Assembly (NCBI GenBank): GCA_017507425.1
Contig: JAFWAZ010000197.1
Coordinates: 1,285-65,284 of the forward strand
Reading direction: 5' to 3'
DNA length: 64,000 nt
Source: Oscillospiraceae bacterium
GTDB taxonomy: Bacteria > Bacillota > Clostridia > Oscillospirales > Oscillospiraceae
Shown: positions 48,457 to 57,899 of the stretch, one piece after another
Layout: the number at the start of each line of letters is the position of its first letter
Position numbering within the stretch: the first letter of the stretch is position 1
Program-made: the position numbers and the translations under genes
Notes under the pieces: generated by a model
Told to the model about the DNA's origin: nothing
The model's database searches: none
Seen by the model: the letters and a program-made list of their open reading frames with translations, nothing else

Positions 48457-49407
48457 ATGACAAGTGAGCAGCTGGCATGGATGATCCGCCGCCACGATGT
48501 GGAAATGACCCACATCTCCGGCGGCAGCCATATCGGTGCGGTGATGTCTGTGGCAGATATCATGGCTGTGCTGTATACAGACGTTCTCCGTTTCCGTCCC
48601 GAGCAGCCCAAGTGGGACGGACGTGACCGTTTTGTGCTGAGCAAAGGCCATACGGGAGCATCGCTGTATATTTGCCTGGCAGAGCGGGGCTTTTTCCCCG
48701 TGGAGGAACTGAAGACCTACTATCAGAATGACAGCCGCCTGTCGGGCCATGTCTCCCACAAGGTGCCCGGCGTGGATGTTTCCACCGGCAGTCTGGGACA
48801 TGGAGTCGGCGTGGCCGTGGGTATGGCCATCGCCGGCAAGCAGGATCGGAAAGACCATAGAGTGTTTGCGGTTCTGGGCGACGGCGAGTGCAACGAGGGT
48901 TCTGTGTGGGAAGCTGCGCAGGCCGCAGCCAATTTTGCGCTGGACAATCTGGTGGTCATTGTGGACCACAACCATATGCAGAGCCTCGATTACTGTGAGC
49001 GCACCCTGAACAGCGGCGCTCTGGCGGAAAAGTGGCGGGCCTTCGGCTGGAATGTGATCGAGCTGAATGGCCATGATCACGATGCCCTCTGCTCTGCGTT
49101 GAAGAAAAATGATTCCGGAAAGCCCACTGCGGTGATCGCCCATACGGTAAAGGGACACGGTGTGTCCTTTATGGAAATGGATATCCTGTGGCACTATCGG
49201 TTCCCGCACACCGGATGGGAATACGATCAGGCCGTTACTGAGCTGCACAGGTGCAAGCCCGAGGGCGTAGAGGATCCCTACACCCCCAACGGCATTGCGC
49301 ATCCTGCGATGCCCGGTGCAAAGGACGAAGCGGATCTGCGCAGCAATCATACTGTCGGTGAGACATTCCGCCCCACATGGTTCAAACTGCAGGAGGTGGC
49401 AGAATGA
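48457..49407 (+). CDS. Transketolase-like enzyme, N-terminal (TPP-binding) subunit
   Basis: SHIG, RDRFVLSKGH, STGSLGHG, GDGECNEGSVWEA, HTVKGHG. Confidence 0.92.
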   Translation: MTSEQLAWMIRRHDVEMTHISGGSHIGAVMSVADIMAVLYTDVLRFRPEQPKWDGRDRFVLSKGHTGASLYICLAERGFFPVEELKTYYQNDSRLSGHVSHKVPGVDVSTGSLGHGVGVAVGMAIAGKQDRKDHRVFAVLGDGECNEGSVWEAAQAAANFALDNLVVIVDHNHMQSLDYCERTLNSGALAEKWRAFGWNVIELNGHDHDALCSALKKNDSGKPTAVIAHTVKGHGVSFMEMDILWHYRFPHTGWEYDQAVTELHRCKPEGVEDPYTPNGIAHPAMPGAKDEADLRSNHTVGETFRPTWFKLQEVAE

Positions 49408-50324
49408 GAGACGGATTTATTCGCAGCGTTCTGGAGCTGGCGAAGAATGACCGGGATGTGGAGATCGTCACCGGTGATCTGGGTTTTGGCGTGCTGAAGC
49501 CTTTCTGGGAAGCCTGCCCGGATCAGTTTATCAACGCCGGTATTGCCGAGCAGAATATGACGGCCATGGCGGCGGGCATGGCGATGGAGGGTAAGAAGGT
49601 CTTTACCTACTCCATCGGCAATTTCCCCACCATGCGCTGTCTGGAGCAGATCCGCAACGACTGCGCTTATCACGGTGCCAATGTGAATATCGTCTGCATC
49701 GGCGGCGGTTTTGTCTACGGCTCCCTTGGCATGAGCCACCACGCCACGGAGGATCTGGCGGTCATGCGGGCACTGCCCGATGTGGCGGTGTTTGCTCCGG
49801 CGGACAAGGTGGAGGCGGCAGCGGTCGCGAAGGCTGTTGTGGACTATCCCGGAACCTGCTATATCCGGCTGGGCCGGGGCGGCGAGCCCATTGTCCGGGA
49901 TGAGATCAAGGATTTTCAGATCGGCAAGGCTATTGCGGTGCAGGAGGGTACTGATGTGGCCATTTTCACCGCCGGCGACATCTACGGCGAGGCAGCCAAG
50001 GCTGTGGCGCTGCTGGAGGAAAAGGGGATTCGCCCCACGGTTTACACGTTCCCCACGGTCAAGCCTCTGGACGAAGCAACGGTTCTGTCCTGTGCGGACA
50101 GCCATGGACTGATCGTGACCTGCGAGGAGCACAATGTTGCCGGCGGTCTTGGCACCGCTGTTGCGGAGATCCTTGCGGAGCACCGGAGCAGGACAAAGCT
50201 GCTGCGTCTGGGCATTGAAGGCAGCTACTGCACCGATGTGGGCGACCAGAAGCATCTGCGCAGAAAATACGGCCTTTGCGGCGATCAGATCGCACATAGG
50301 ATCTGCGAAGCGCTGGAACAATAA
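49404..50324 (+). CDS. Transketolase-like enzyme, C-terminal subunit
   Basis: NAGIAEQNM, EQIRND, LGMSHHATED, VKPLD, EEH..AGGLG. Confidence 0.92.
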   Translation: MRDGFIRSVLELAKNDRDVEIVTGDLGFGVLKPFWEACPDQFINAGIAEQNMTAMAAGMAMEGKKVFTYSIGNFPTMRCLEQIRNDCAYHGANVNIVCIGGGFVYGSLGMSHHATEDLAVMRALPDVAVFAPADKVEAAAVAKAVVDYPGTCYIRLGRGGEPIVRDEIKDFQIGKAIAVQEGTDVAIFTAGDIYGEAAKAVALLEEKGIRPTVYTFPTVKPLDEATVLSCADSHGLIVTCEEHNVAGGLGTAVAEILAEHRSRTKLLRLGIEGSYCTDVGDQKHLRRKYGLCGDQIAHRICEALEQ

Positions 50325-50376
50325 CAGAAAGCCGCATCGCTGATGCGGCTTTTTGCAACGAAAGGAGCCTGTTGCC

Positions 50377-51561
50377 ATGGAGAAAGAGTCCCGATACTTG
50401 CTCCATCTGTTGGGAGCATACATTCGAAATAGAGAGCCGGAAGTATGGCAGGAGATCAACTGGCGCAAGCTGACAGAGCTGGCGCATATTCACAATCTGT
50501 TGGGAACACTGGGCTATATGACAATGACCTATCCCGTTTGTCCGGATCGGGAGCTGTGTGCCCTGCTTCGAAGCCACTGCATGACGAATCTTCTCAATTT
50601 TGCCAACAGGGGAGAGCTGGCGGATAACTTCAGCCAGACCCTGTCGGAGCAGCAAATCGATCATATTATCATGAAAGGCTTTGTGCTGCGTGAATTCTAC
50701 CCGGTGCCGGAGCTTCGTACCTTCGGTGACATCGATCTGGTCATCCGTCCGGAGGATCGCGGCAGATGCCATGCGCTGATGCAGCAGCTGGGCTTTCAGG
50801 TGAAAACCGACTGGGAGCCGGTGTACAGCTATCTGAAAGACAGTGAATTTTACGAGATCCACACGGAGCTTCTGGAAACGGATGTGTCGGAAAAAGCGGA
50901 CTACCGAAGCTATTTTCGAGATCTGTGGGCCCATGTGACGGAAGTGGGGGAGCACCGGTATCAGTTTGTGCCGGAATATCATTTCCTCTATATGCTGGTT
51001 CACATTGCCAAGCACGTGACCGGCTCCGGTGCGGGATTGCGGATGTATCTGGATGTGGCGGTGTTTATGCGGCATTATGCCGATTCTCTGGACTGGGAGC
51101 GTATCTCCCGGGAGCTGGAGAAGTTGAAGCTTGCTGTTTTTGCCAACACGGTGCTGACGCTGGTTCAGGAGGCTTTTGGAATCAACAGTCCCATGGAGCT
51201 GCGGCCGATCCCGGAGCAGACGCTGGATTCCTTTCTGGAATTTACCGTGGACGGCGGCATTTTCGGTCGGAACAGCCGGGACAGCGGCGTCAATTCCCTG
51301 AAAGACGAGAGCCGCAGCAGCGGGGAAATCTCCCGGGCTGGTACCATCGTTAGACGGCTGTTTCCCTCGGCCCGGTCGATCCAAAGCAGATACACATATT
51401 TGCAGGATAAGCCTTGGCTGCTGCCTGCCGCGTGGGTGCACCGCCTGATCCGAACGAAGGACAAGCTCCGCGACCATGCACTGGAGGTGCAGAATATTCT
51501 GTCTGCGGATCAGGATGAAGTACAGAGGCTGAATACGCTTTATGAGCAGATCGGGCTATAG
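50377..51561 (+). CDS. Nucleotidyltransferase family protein (NTP_transf_5-type)
   Basis: MKG..L..FYP.PELR.FGDIDL, EIH, LVHIAKH...SGAGLRMYLD. Confidence 0.85.
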   Translation: MEKESRYLLHLLGAYIRNREPEVWQEINWRKLTELAHIHNLLGTLGYMTMTYPVCPDRELCALLRSHCMTNLLNFANRGELADNFSQTLSEQQIDHIIMKGFVLREFYPVPELRTFGDIDLVIRPEDRGRCHALMQQLGFQVKTDWEPVYSYLKDSEFYEIHTELLETDVSEKADYRSYFRDLWAHVTEVGEHRYQFVPEYHFLYMLVHIAKHVTGSGAGLRMYLDVAVFMRHYADSLDWERISRELEKLKLAVFANTVLTLVQEAFGINSPMELRPIPEQTLDSFLEFTVDGGIFGRNSRDSGVNSLKDESRSSGEISRAGTIVRRLFPSARSIQSRYTYLQDKPWLLPAAWVHRLIRTKDKLRDHALEVQNILSADQDEVQRLNTLYEQIGL

Positions 51562-51600
51562 AACGCTGCGGTAAACGCCATCGCGAAACGAGATAAGTAA

Positions 51601-51637
51601 AAATGCCCGCCGTCCATAGCCGGATGGCGGGCAATTT
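51601..51637 (+). terminator. Probable rho-independent terminator
   Basis: TGCCCGCCGTCC / GGATGGCGGGCA stem after the nucleotidyltransferase; weak T-tract. Confidence 0.55.
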
Positions 51638-51684
51638 GCACCAAATTTTAGCAGGAAAAACGTGGAAAAACACAAAAAATCATG

Positions 51685-51713
51685 TTGCTTTTTGGGAATG
51701 CATGGAGTATAAT
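51685..51713 (+). promoter_or_regulatory. sigmaA-type promoter for the large protein/peptide operon
   Basis: TTGCTT-17 bp-TATAAT. Confidence 0.6.
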
Positions 51714-51791
51714 TAGCCTGCATGATAATTGCCATAGGGTGGAGGAGTCTACCCGCCCGCTGGCAGACAATCTTTCAGGAGGTAATGTAAC

Positions 51792-54700
51792 ATGAAACGA
51801 TCCACGCTGATTCGTTTGATCGCGATCGTTCTGGTCATCAGTATGGTCGCCGCTCCCGTTTCTGCTGCCGGTATGAATGCCGCAGCGAATGAGAGCAACG
51901 GTCTGGGCGGTCTGATCGAAATCATCATCGAGATCATTCGCAATATCTTCGATGGTTGGTTCGGACAGGACGATTCCGCCGAAACCGTGGAGCCTGCGGC
52001 ACCCGCAGACCCCGGAACATCCACCGAGCCCGGTGCAGCCGCGCCCGGGGAGACTGCGCCTGAGGCGGAGAATGCTGTCTACGAGCAGAACCAGTCCGAG
52101 GGCGGCCAGAATGCGGATGTCGATCTGTCCGCGACCGGCAATACCCCCGTCACCATGGGCAATGTCTCCATGGGCCTGAACGCTCTGGGTACTGTGTCCA
52201 ATGCGGAAACTGAGACGGTGAACGTCAACTGCGGCTTCATCAATTGGGTCGATGGCGGTCAGTACTATATCCAGAACGCCCGTGCCGCTAAGAGTGTTTC
52301 CGGTGCATCTTACTTGAAAGGTGCTACCGACGGCATCACCGGTGTCGCCCTTGAGAATGCCACCCTGTGGACGCTGCATATTGTCGACGAAACCAATTTC
52401 CAGCTTTCCACTGAGATCGATGGTACTACCTACTATATGGCCATTGCTTCCACTGGTGACGATGGAGAATCTCTGACAACCACTCCCACCAATTTGACAA
52501 TCACATTCTGTAACGACACTACGGATTATGTTGACGGTGACGGTAATCAGCTCCAGATCTGTGGAGTCAAGTATCTGAACCAGAAAGGTTCGACTGGTAT
52601 TGTTTACCGCGGTGAGAACAGTGCCCACGATTCCGGCAGCGCCATGTGGTTCTATCTGGTTCAGAATGGCACCACCAGCAAGGTTATCGTCGCCGCTACA
52701 GATGATTCCAGAGACATCCCCGTGTCTGTTCTGACTGCCACTTGCGAAAACAATCAGTCTTCTGATACTCCTGATCATGTTCTCGACAGCGATGAAAGCA
52801 CGCTGTGGCATACTGTACATCAGGACAGTGATCGGTCCACACACTGGATCCAGTTTGAACTGAGTGAGAGCTACACGGTTGACGGTCTGCGCTACCTGCC
52901 CCGCCAGAGCGCCAATAACGGCATCATCACCGATTACAAGATTCTGGTCAGCAACGACGGCGAGAACTTTACTGAGGTTGACAGCGGCACATGGGCCGGC
53001 GACAGCGCTTGGAAGATTGCCCAGTTTGAGGGTCAGAATGTCAAGTATGTCCGCCTGAAGGCTGAAAATGCTCTGCCTACCAGCGGCAACAAATTTGCCT
53101 CCGCTGCTGAGATCCGCCTGACCGGTGTGAAGAATGAGGATCCCGAGGTGCCTGAGGTGCCCGAGGGCGACAGCGATGCCCACACCGGCCTGACCTGGCA
53201 GCAGGTTAAGGACGGCACTTACTATGCTGACGCGGCCTGTACCAATCAGGTTACGGTCAACGCAATTAGCGAAGGCAATAACGGCTATATCCCTGTTACG
53301 GTTATTGCTAGCGATTCTGCCACCCATGAGTTTACCGAATATGCTGACGGTACCTATTACTACCTGAACGGAAATACTTACGAAAGAATTAGTAGCATTA
53401 TTTCTTCTCGGCTTGGTAGTACTTCGTGGTATGTTTATACGGATGCCACTGATGCGAACGGTACCTACCATTATGTTACAGGTGAAACGCTCACCATTTA
53501 CAGGGCAAGCGCCATCACCGGCTACACCCTGACGGACGCCAACGGTCAGACTCTGGCTACCCTGAACGGCACCGATCTGACCACCCCTGTCGGTGTTACC
53601 CTGTACACCCCCAAGGTTGAAGAGCCTGAGGGTCCCACTGTGGTCTACTTCCCCGTGACCATGTACAACTATGAGGGCAGAGATATCAACGCGTCCACCG
53701 ATGCGCTGGACGATGACCTGACCGTCCGGGAGGGCTTCTACTTCTCTGATGGCGGCAGCGAACTGGGCAGCCTTGTCTCCGAAACCGTGTTCAATACGTC
53801 CGCGTTCGTGGAGGGTCAGTATTACATCCAGAACCTCAGAGCGAAAGAGAACGGTGTCAACGGGTCTTGGCTGACCGCCTCCACCACCGACAGTGGCACC
53901 CCCATGATCTTCGGTGAGACAAAGGAGAACGCCACCCTTTGGACGCTGGTCATCGAGGACGGCGCGTACTACCTGACCTGCCAGATCGACGGTGAGACCT
54001 ACTACATGATCGTTGGCACCGACGGCGACACTGACGGATACACCACCACCAAGACTCCCGTTACCCTGTCTGGCTACAGCCATAATGCCACTGCTGTTCA
54101 GATCAGCCAGAACGGCTATTATCTGTCCCAGTGGAATGCGACTTCCCAGTATTACGGCGCGGTTAACACCAACAATGGCTACGGCAACGGCATGCTGTTC
54201 TACCCCGTTGACAGTGACGAACCCATTGCCGGCTCTGTAACCAAGACTACCTCCGGCTACGAGCGCTGGAACTGGTGGAATAATGACCAGATCTACACCG
54301 GTCTGGTTGAGTCTCAGCTTGTGGACGATCAGATCGTGTTCACTGTTCCTGAGGGCGGCGTTTTCAATGATAATGACACCGTCAAGGAGATCTACGAGTA
54401 CGTCGGTCTGCCCTTTGTGCTGAAAGAGTACACCGCTGAGGATAACGCAGGTAAGCTCGGTATCTACTACTCCTTCGACTCCGACGAAAACGGCGTCTAC
54501 TTTAAGGGTGCTCCCCAGTCCGGCACCGGCCCCGAGGATGATCAGATGCACAAGCTGTACTTCGAGGCAGGCAATCCCCAGCTTATGTTCGAGCCCGTCG
54601 GTGATAAGAGTACCAACGGCTGGTTCCCCTATAACCAGAGACACAGCAGTACCTATGAGAACGATGGTGTGACATACGGAAGATATCCTGAGGGTATCGA

Positions 54701-57500
54701 CCACCACTTCGGTATGCGCGCTGATCTGCCCTTTGCCATGACCCCCAACGGCCGCATCAAGTCCACCGACGACGAGTCCGCCCCCATCACCTTTACCTTC
54801 TCCGGTGACGACGACGTCTGGGTGTTCATTGACGGCCATCTGGTCATCGATCTGGGCGGTATTCACAACCGTCTGGATGTCACCATCGACTTCGCAAACA
54901 ACACCATCATCTACTCCGAGGAGAACGCTCAGGACAATGACAATAACACCGGCAGCTACAACGATCCTAGCTTCAAGGTTACCCAGCAGCTGTTTACCAA
55001 AGATGGTGTTACGGGCGTCATCCCCATGAGCCGCGAGGCCTTTGCTCTGGATCCCGACCACGAGATGCAGGTCTTCTACCTCGAGCGTGGTAAGGGTACC
55101 TCCAACAGCCGGATCGAGTTCAACCTGCCCATGAGCGACACCGTCATCGTCACCAAGGATGCTTCCAAGTCCTGGAGTGAGGACGATGAGAAAGCGGATC
55201 TTGCTGTTAATCCTGATGACGATAATGCGGGCATCTCTGAACTGACTGCTACGGAGCAGGAGATCATCAACAAGCTGGACTTCGGCTTTACGCTGTACAA
55301 GAAGACTGCTGATGACGAGTCCTTTGCCCCTGTGGCAAATACCAACTTCTATCTGATTGGCCGCGGTGTTGAGGGAACCGTCATCGGTCACACCGACGCA
55401 AACGGCCACTTCTACCTGAAGAACGGCCAGTCTGCCAAGTTCATCACTGATCTGCCCACCGAGGGCGTTACCTACTACGTTGTTGAGGATCAGGTTCCCG
55501 ACGGATTCGTTGCTCCCGACTTCAAATTTGCCGGCGAGGCTGCCTACAACTACACTTACACTGATCCTACCAACGGTGCTGACGGCGGAACCACCTCTGG
55601 CTTCGATGCCTCTGAGATCCCCGAGCAGATCATTCCCATGCCTGTCAAGGATACAAACGGTAACTGGACGGAATGGAAGATGAACAAGAGCTATGAGGTC
55701 ACCGTTAAGGGCGCTGTCGAGAAGCAGGACTCCATCGAATTCAAGTGCATCAACTTCATGAATTCCAAGCTGCCCAACCCCTCTGCTTTTACCACCGAGG
55801 ATATCATTGTCATCGACTACGGTCTGCCTGTTCAGATCGATCCTCTGGCCAACGATCTGTACCGCGGCGATTCTATTGAAATCGTTTACTGGGGCGATGA
55901 GAACCTTGACTATGATGCTGTTGTCAATGCGCTGAAAGCCGGCACTGCACTCGAGGCGCCCAAGACCGAGTTCGACTTTGGTACTCTGACTTACAACTAC
56001 GGTGTGTCCGCAGGTGACACCATCAACCGCTTTGCGTTCACCTACACGCTGAACAAGCAGCTGACTGAGGTTGAGGTTATCACCTACGTGATCAAGTCCA
56101 CCGGCAGCGTCGTCGAGGAAGCTACCCAGATCACCAAGACCGAATCTGTCTACGCTCTGGGCAAGATCTACATTTGTCCCGCTACCGTCATGTACTATGA
56201 GGAGAACTTCGCCGGCTTGGTTACGTTCACGGATAACGCGAAGAAGGACAATAAGTGGGGCGATACCATCGAAACCGATGGTGCCAGTGATTATCAGGAG
56301 CCCGGTGTTGTCGGCGATCCTGACAACAGCATCTACGGCTCTGATGTGGCTTATGTGAACGACAGCCGTGACTCCAACGGTACTTCCCGCTACGCTGACA
56401 CCACCAAGGGTGCGCTTTCCTTCACCTATACCTTTACCGGTACCGGTACGACGATCTTCGGACGTACTTCCGAAAAGACCGGTTACATTCAGGTTAAGAT
56501 TTACGATCTGAATGGCGAAGAGGAAGAGCTTCTGGGTATCTACTACCGTGACACCTACTGGAAGGATGAGAACCTCACCGATCTGGATGCCAGCGGTACC
56601 CTGTACAACATTCCTCTGTATACCAACGAGGATCTGGACTACGGCACCTATAAGGTGGTCTGCACCATCGCCAAGGCCGGTACTCCCACTGCCAATTACA
56701 AGGTTGACGAGAACGGAGATCCTGTGCTGGATGAGAATGGAAAGTACATCCCTCTGGGATCCGGCAATGAGTTCTATCTGGACGGCATCCGCATCATGCA
56801 GCCTCTGAACGCTGACTCCGACGCGGAGCTGGTCGAAAAGGCTCTGGATGCCTACGAAACCGACGGCGAGTCCAACATCGACACCGTCACCCTGCGCTAC
56901 AAGCTGATCTCCGACGATATCGTGGGAGACAGTCTGTGGAACTTCGCAGTTCTGACTGATATTGACGGCGAGGTCATCACTGCCGAGGACTATATTTCCA
57001 TCGGTCCCAAGGAGGAGGTTTACCTCCTGCCCGGTCAGAGTGTCAGCTTCTCTGTCAAGTACTGGCATCCTGACGGTTACCGTATGCACATGGGTATGAA
57101 GGCTCCTTTCGGTGATGCTACTGTACAGGTCGGCCAGACTACCTATGATCTGAATAACACCGTGGATTGCTACTATGACATTACTAATGTCCAGATCTCG
57201 AATGAAACCAGATACGAACAGGCTACCGATAAAGAAGGTCGTTTGCTCTATACTGACGCGGATGGCAATCAGGTTTATGAGAATGAAGAGGGTTATTTCT
57301 GCTACGTTGAGAGTGGTGAACTTGTCCCTGAGAATGCAGAACTCACCGCTGTCGAGGTTCCCTACTATGTCGCCACATATACCTTTACTGCCACTGACAA
57401 GATTGTGTCACTGACCAATATCAAGGCTGTCGGTAACTATTCTTTCATACTGTACGAGAACATCGATGAGGAGATCGACGGACCCGTGGGCGGTAACTGA
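51792..57500 (+). CDS. Large secreted multidomain protein (1902 aa): F5/8-type C (CBM32-like), fibro-slime/PA14-like and internal repeat domains
   Basis: Signal peptide; LD.D.STLWHT...WIQFEL...GLRYLPRQ...NG.I..Y...SAAEIRL; FSGDDDVWVFIDG.LVIDLGGIH...FYLERG; two GQYYIQN..ENATLWTL repeats. Confidence 0.85.
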   Translation: MKRSTLIRLIAIVLVISMVAAPVSAAGMNAAANESNGLGGLIEIIIEIIRNIFDGWFGQDDSAETVEPAAPADPGTSTEPGAAAPGETAPEAENAVYEQNQSEGGQNADVDLSATGNTPVTMGNVSMGLNALGTVSNAETETVNVNCGFINWVDGGQYYIQNARAAKSVSGASYLKGATDGITGVALENATLWTLHIVDETNFQLSTEIDGTTYYMAIASTGDDGESLTTTPTNLTITFCNDTTDYVDGDGNQLQICGVKYLNQKGSTGIVYRGENSAHDSGSAMWFYLVQNGTTSKVIVAATDDSRDIPVSVLTATCENNQSSDTPDHVLDSDESTLWHTVHQDSDRSTHWIQFELSESYTVDGLRYLPRQSANNGIITDYKILVSNDGENFTEVDSGTWAGDSAWKIAQFEGQNVKYVRLKAENALPTSGNKFASAAEIRLTGVKNEDPEVPEVPEGDSDAHTGLTWQQVKDGTYYADAACTNQVTVNAISEGNNGYIPVTVIASDSATHEFTEYADGTYYYLNGNTYERISSIISSRLGSTSWYVYTDATDANGTYHYVTGETLTIYRASAITGYTLTDANGQTLATLNGTDLTTPVGVTLYTPKVEEPEGPTVVYFPVTMYNYEGRDINASTDALDDDLTVREGFYFSDGGSELGSLVSETVFNTSAFVEGQYYIQNLRAKENGVNGSWLTASTTDSGTPMIFGETKENATLWTLVIEDGAYYLTCQIDGETYYMIVGTDGDTDGYTTTKTPVTLSGYSHNATAVQISQNGYYLSQWNATSQYYGAVNTNNGYGNGMLFYPVDSDEPIAGSVTKTTSGYERWNWWNNDQIYTGLVESQLVDDQIVFTVPEGGVFNDNDTVKEIYEYVGLPFVLKEYTAEDNAGKLGIYYSFDSDENGVYFKGAPQSGTGPEDDQMHKLYFEAGNPQLMFEPVGDKSTNGWFPYNQRHSSTYENDGVTYGRYPEGIDHHFGMRADLPFAMTPNGRIKSTDDESAPITFTFSGDDDVWVFIDGHLVIDLGGIHNRLDVTIDFANNTIIYSEENAQDNDNNTGSYNDPSFKVTQQLFTKDGVTGVIPMSREAFALDPDHEMQVFYLERGKGTSNSRIEFNLPMSDTVIVTKDASKSWSEDDEKADLAVNPDDDNAGISELTATEQEIINKLDFGFTLYKKTADDESFAPVANTNFYLIGRGVEGTVIGHTDANGHFYLKNGQSAKFITDLPTEGVTYYVVEDQVPDGFVAPDFKFAGEAAYNYTYTDPTNGADGGTTSGFDASEIPEQIIPMPVKDTNGNWTEWKMNKSYEVTVKGAVEKQDSIEFKCINFMNSKLPNPSAFTTEDIIVIDYGLPVQIDPLANDLYRGDSIEIVYWGDENLDYDAVVNALKAGTALEAPKTEFDFGTLTYNYGVSAGDTINRFAFTYTLNKQLTEVEVITYVIKSTGSVVEEATQITKTESVYALGKIYICPATVMYYEENFAGLVTFTDNAKKDNKWGDTIETDGASDYQEPGVVGDPDNSIYGSDVAYVNDSRDSNGTSRYADTTKGALSFTYTFTGTGTTIFGRTSEKTGYIQVKIYDLNGEEEELLGIYYRDTYWKDENLTDLDASGTLYNIPLYTNEDLDYGTYKVVCTIAKAGTPTANYKVDENGDPVLDENGKYIPLGSGNEFYLDGIRIMQPLNADSDAELVEKALDAYETDGESNIDTVTLRYKLISDDIVGDSLWNFAVLTDIDGEVITAEDYISIGPKEEVYLLPGQSVSFSVKYWHPDGYRMHMGMKAPFGDATVQVGQTTYDLNNTVDCYYDITNVQISNETRYEQATDKEGRLLYTDADGNQVYENEEGYFCYVESGELVPENAELTAVEVPYYVATYTFTATDKIVSLTNIKAVGNYSFILYENIDEEIDGPVGGN

Positions 57501-57515
57501 TAAGGAGATATGTCA

Positions 57516-57785
57516 ATGAAGAAAATCTATATGAAGCCCATGGTCGAGATCGAGACTTATGAGCTCAGCGCTTCCATCGCAGGAAACTGCGGCATGGTAA
57601 TCGATCTGGGACCTGAAGCTGTTGGCAAGACAATCTGCGAAAATTATGAGGACGCATTCATGATGTCCGTCAGACCGGGCTACAGTGTCATGTCTACCGG
57701 CGGTACACCGTTCTATCCCGATGTCAAGGACTGCGGCTGCGACTGCTATTACTCCTCCGGCGGTAATATTTACTTCACCAGCTGA
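57516..57785 (+). CDS. Putative RiPP precursor peptide (YxxP leader, 5 Cys, C-terminal Ser)
   Basis: AGGAG RBS 8 nt upstream; MKKIYMKPMVEI leader; core NC...IC...DCGCDCYY...YFTS; directly upstream of kinase and rSAM genes. Confidence 0.75.
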   Translation: MKKIYMKPMVEIETYELSASIAGNCGMVIDLGPEAVGKTICENYEDAFMMSVRPGYSVMSTGGTPFYPDVKDCGCDCYYSSGGNIYFTS

Positions 57786-57843
57786 TTTGTCTGAATTTCA
57801 CACGCAACAACCAATAAATCGGCATAAGTTTTTACCAGAAAGC

Positions 57844-57875
57844 GGAGCCGGCAGGCGCTGCCTGCCGGCTCCTTT
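57844..57875 (+). terminator. GC-rich stem-loop after the precursor (partial terminator or mRNA stabiliser)
   Basis: GGAGCCGGCAGGC-GCT-GCCTGCCGGCTCC-TTT. Confidence 0.7.
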
Positions 57876-57899
57876 ATTAACTTGGTTACCTTTTTAGAA

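Noticed and set aside
51648-57089. 1813-aa minus-strand ORF
   Set aside because: Antisense shadow of the 1902-aa gene caused by codon bias; no recognisable motifs.
57516-57785. Lasso peptide interpretation of the precursor
   Set aside because: Despite the YxxP leader, kinase and nucleotidyltransferase, no lasso cyclase or transglutaminase-like protease is in the window and the core is long and Cys-rich.
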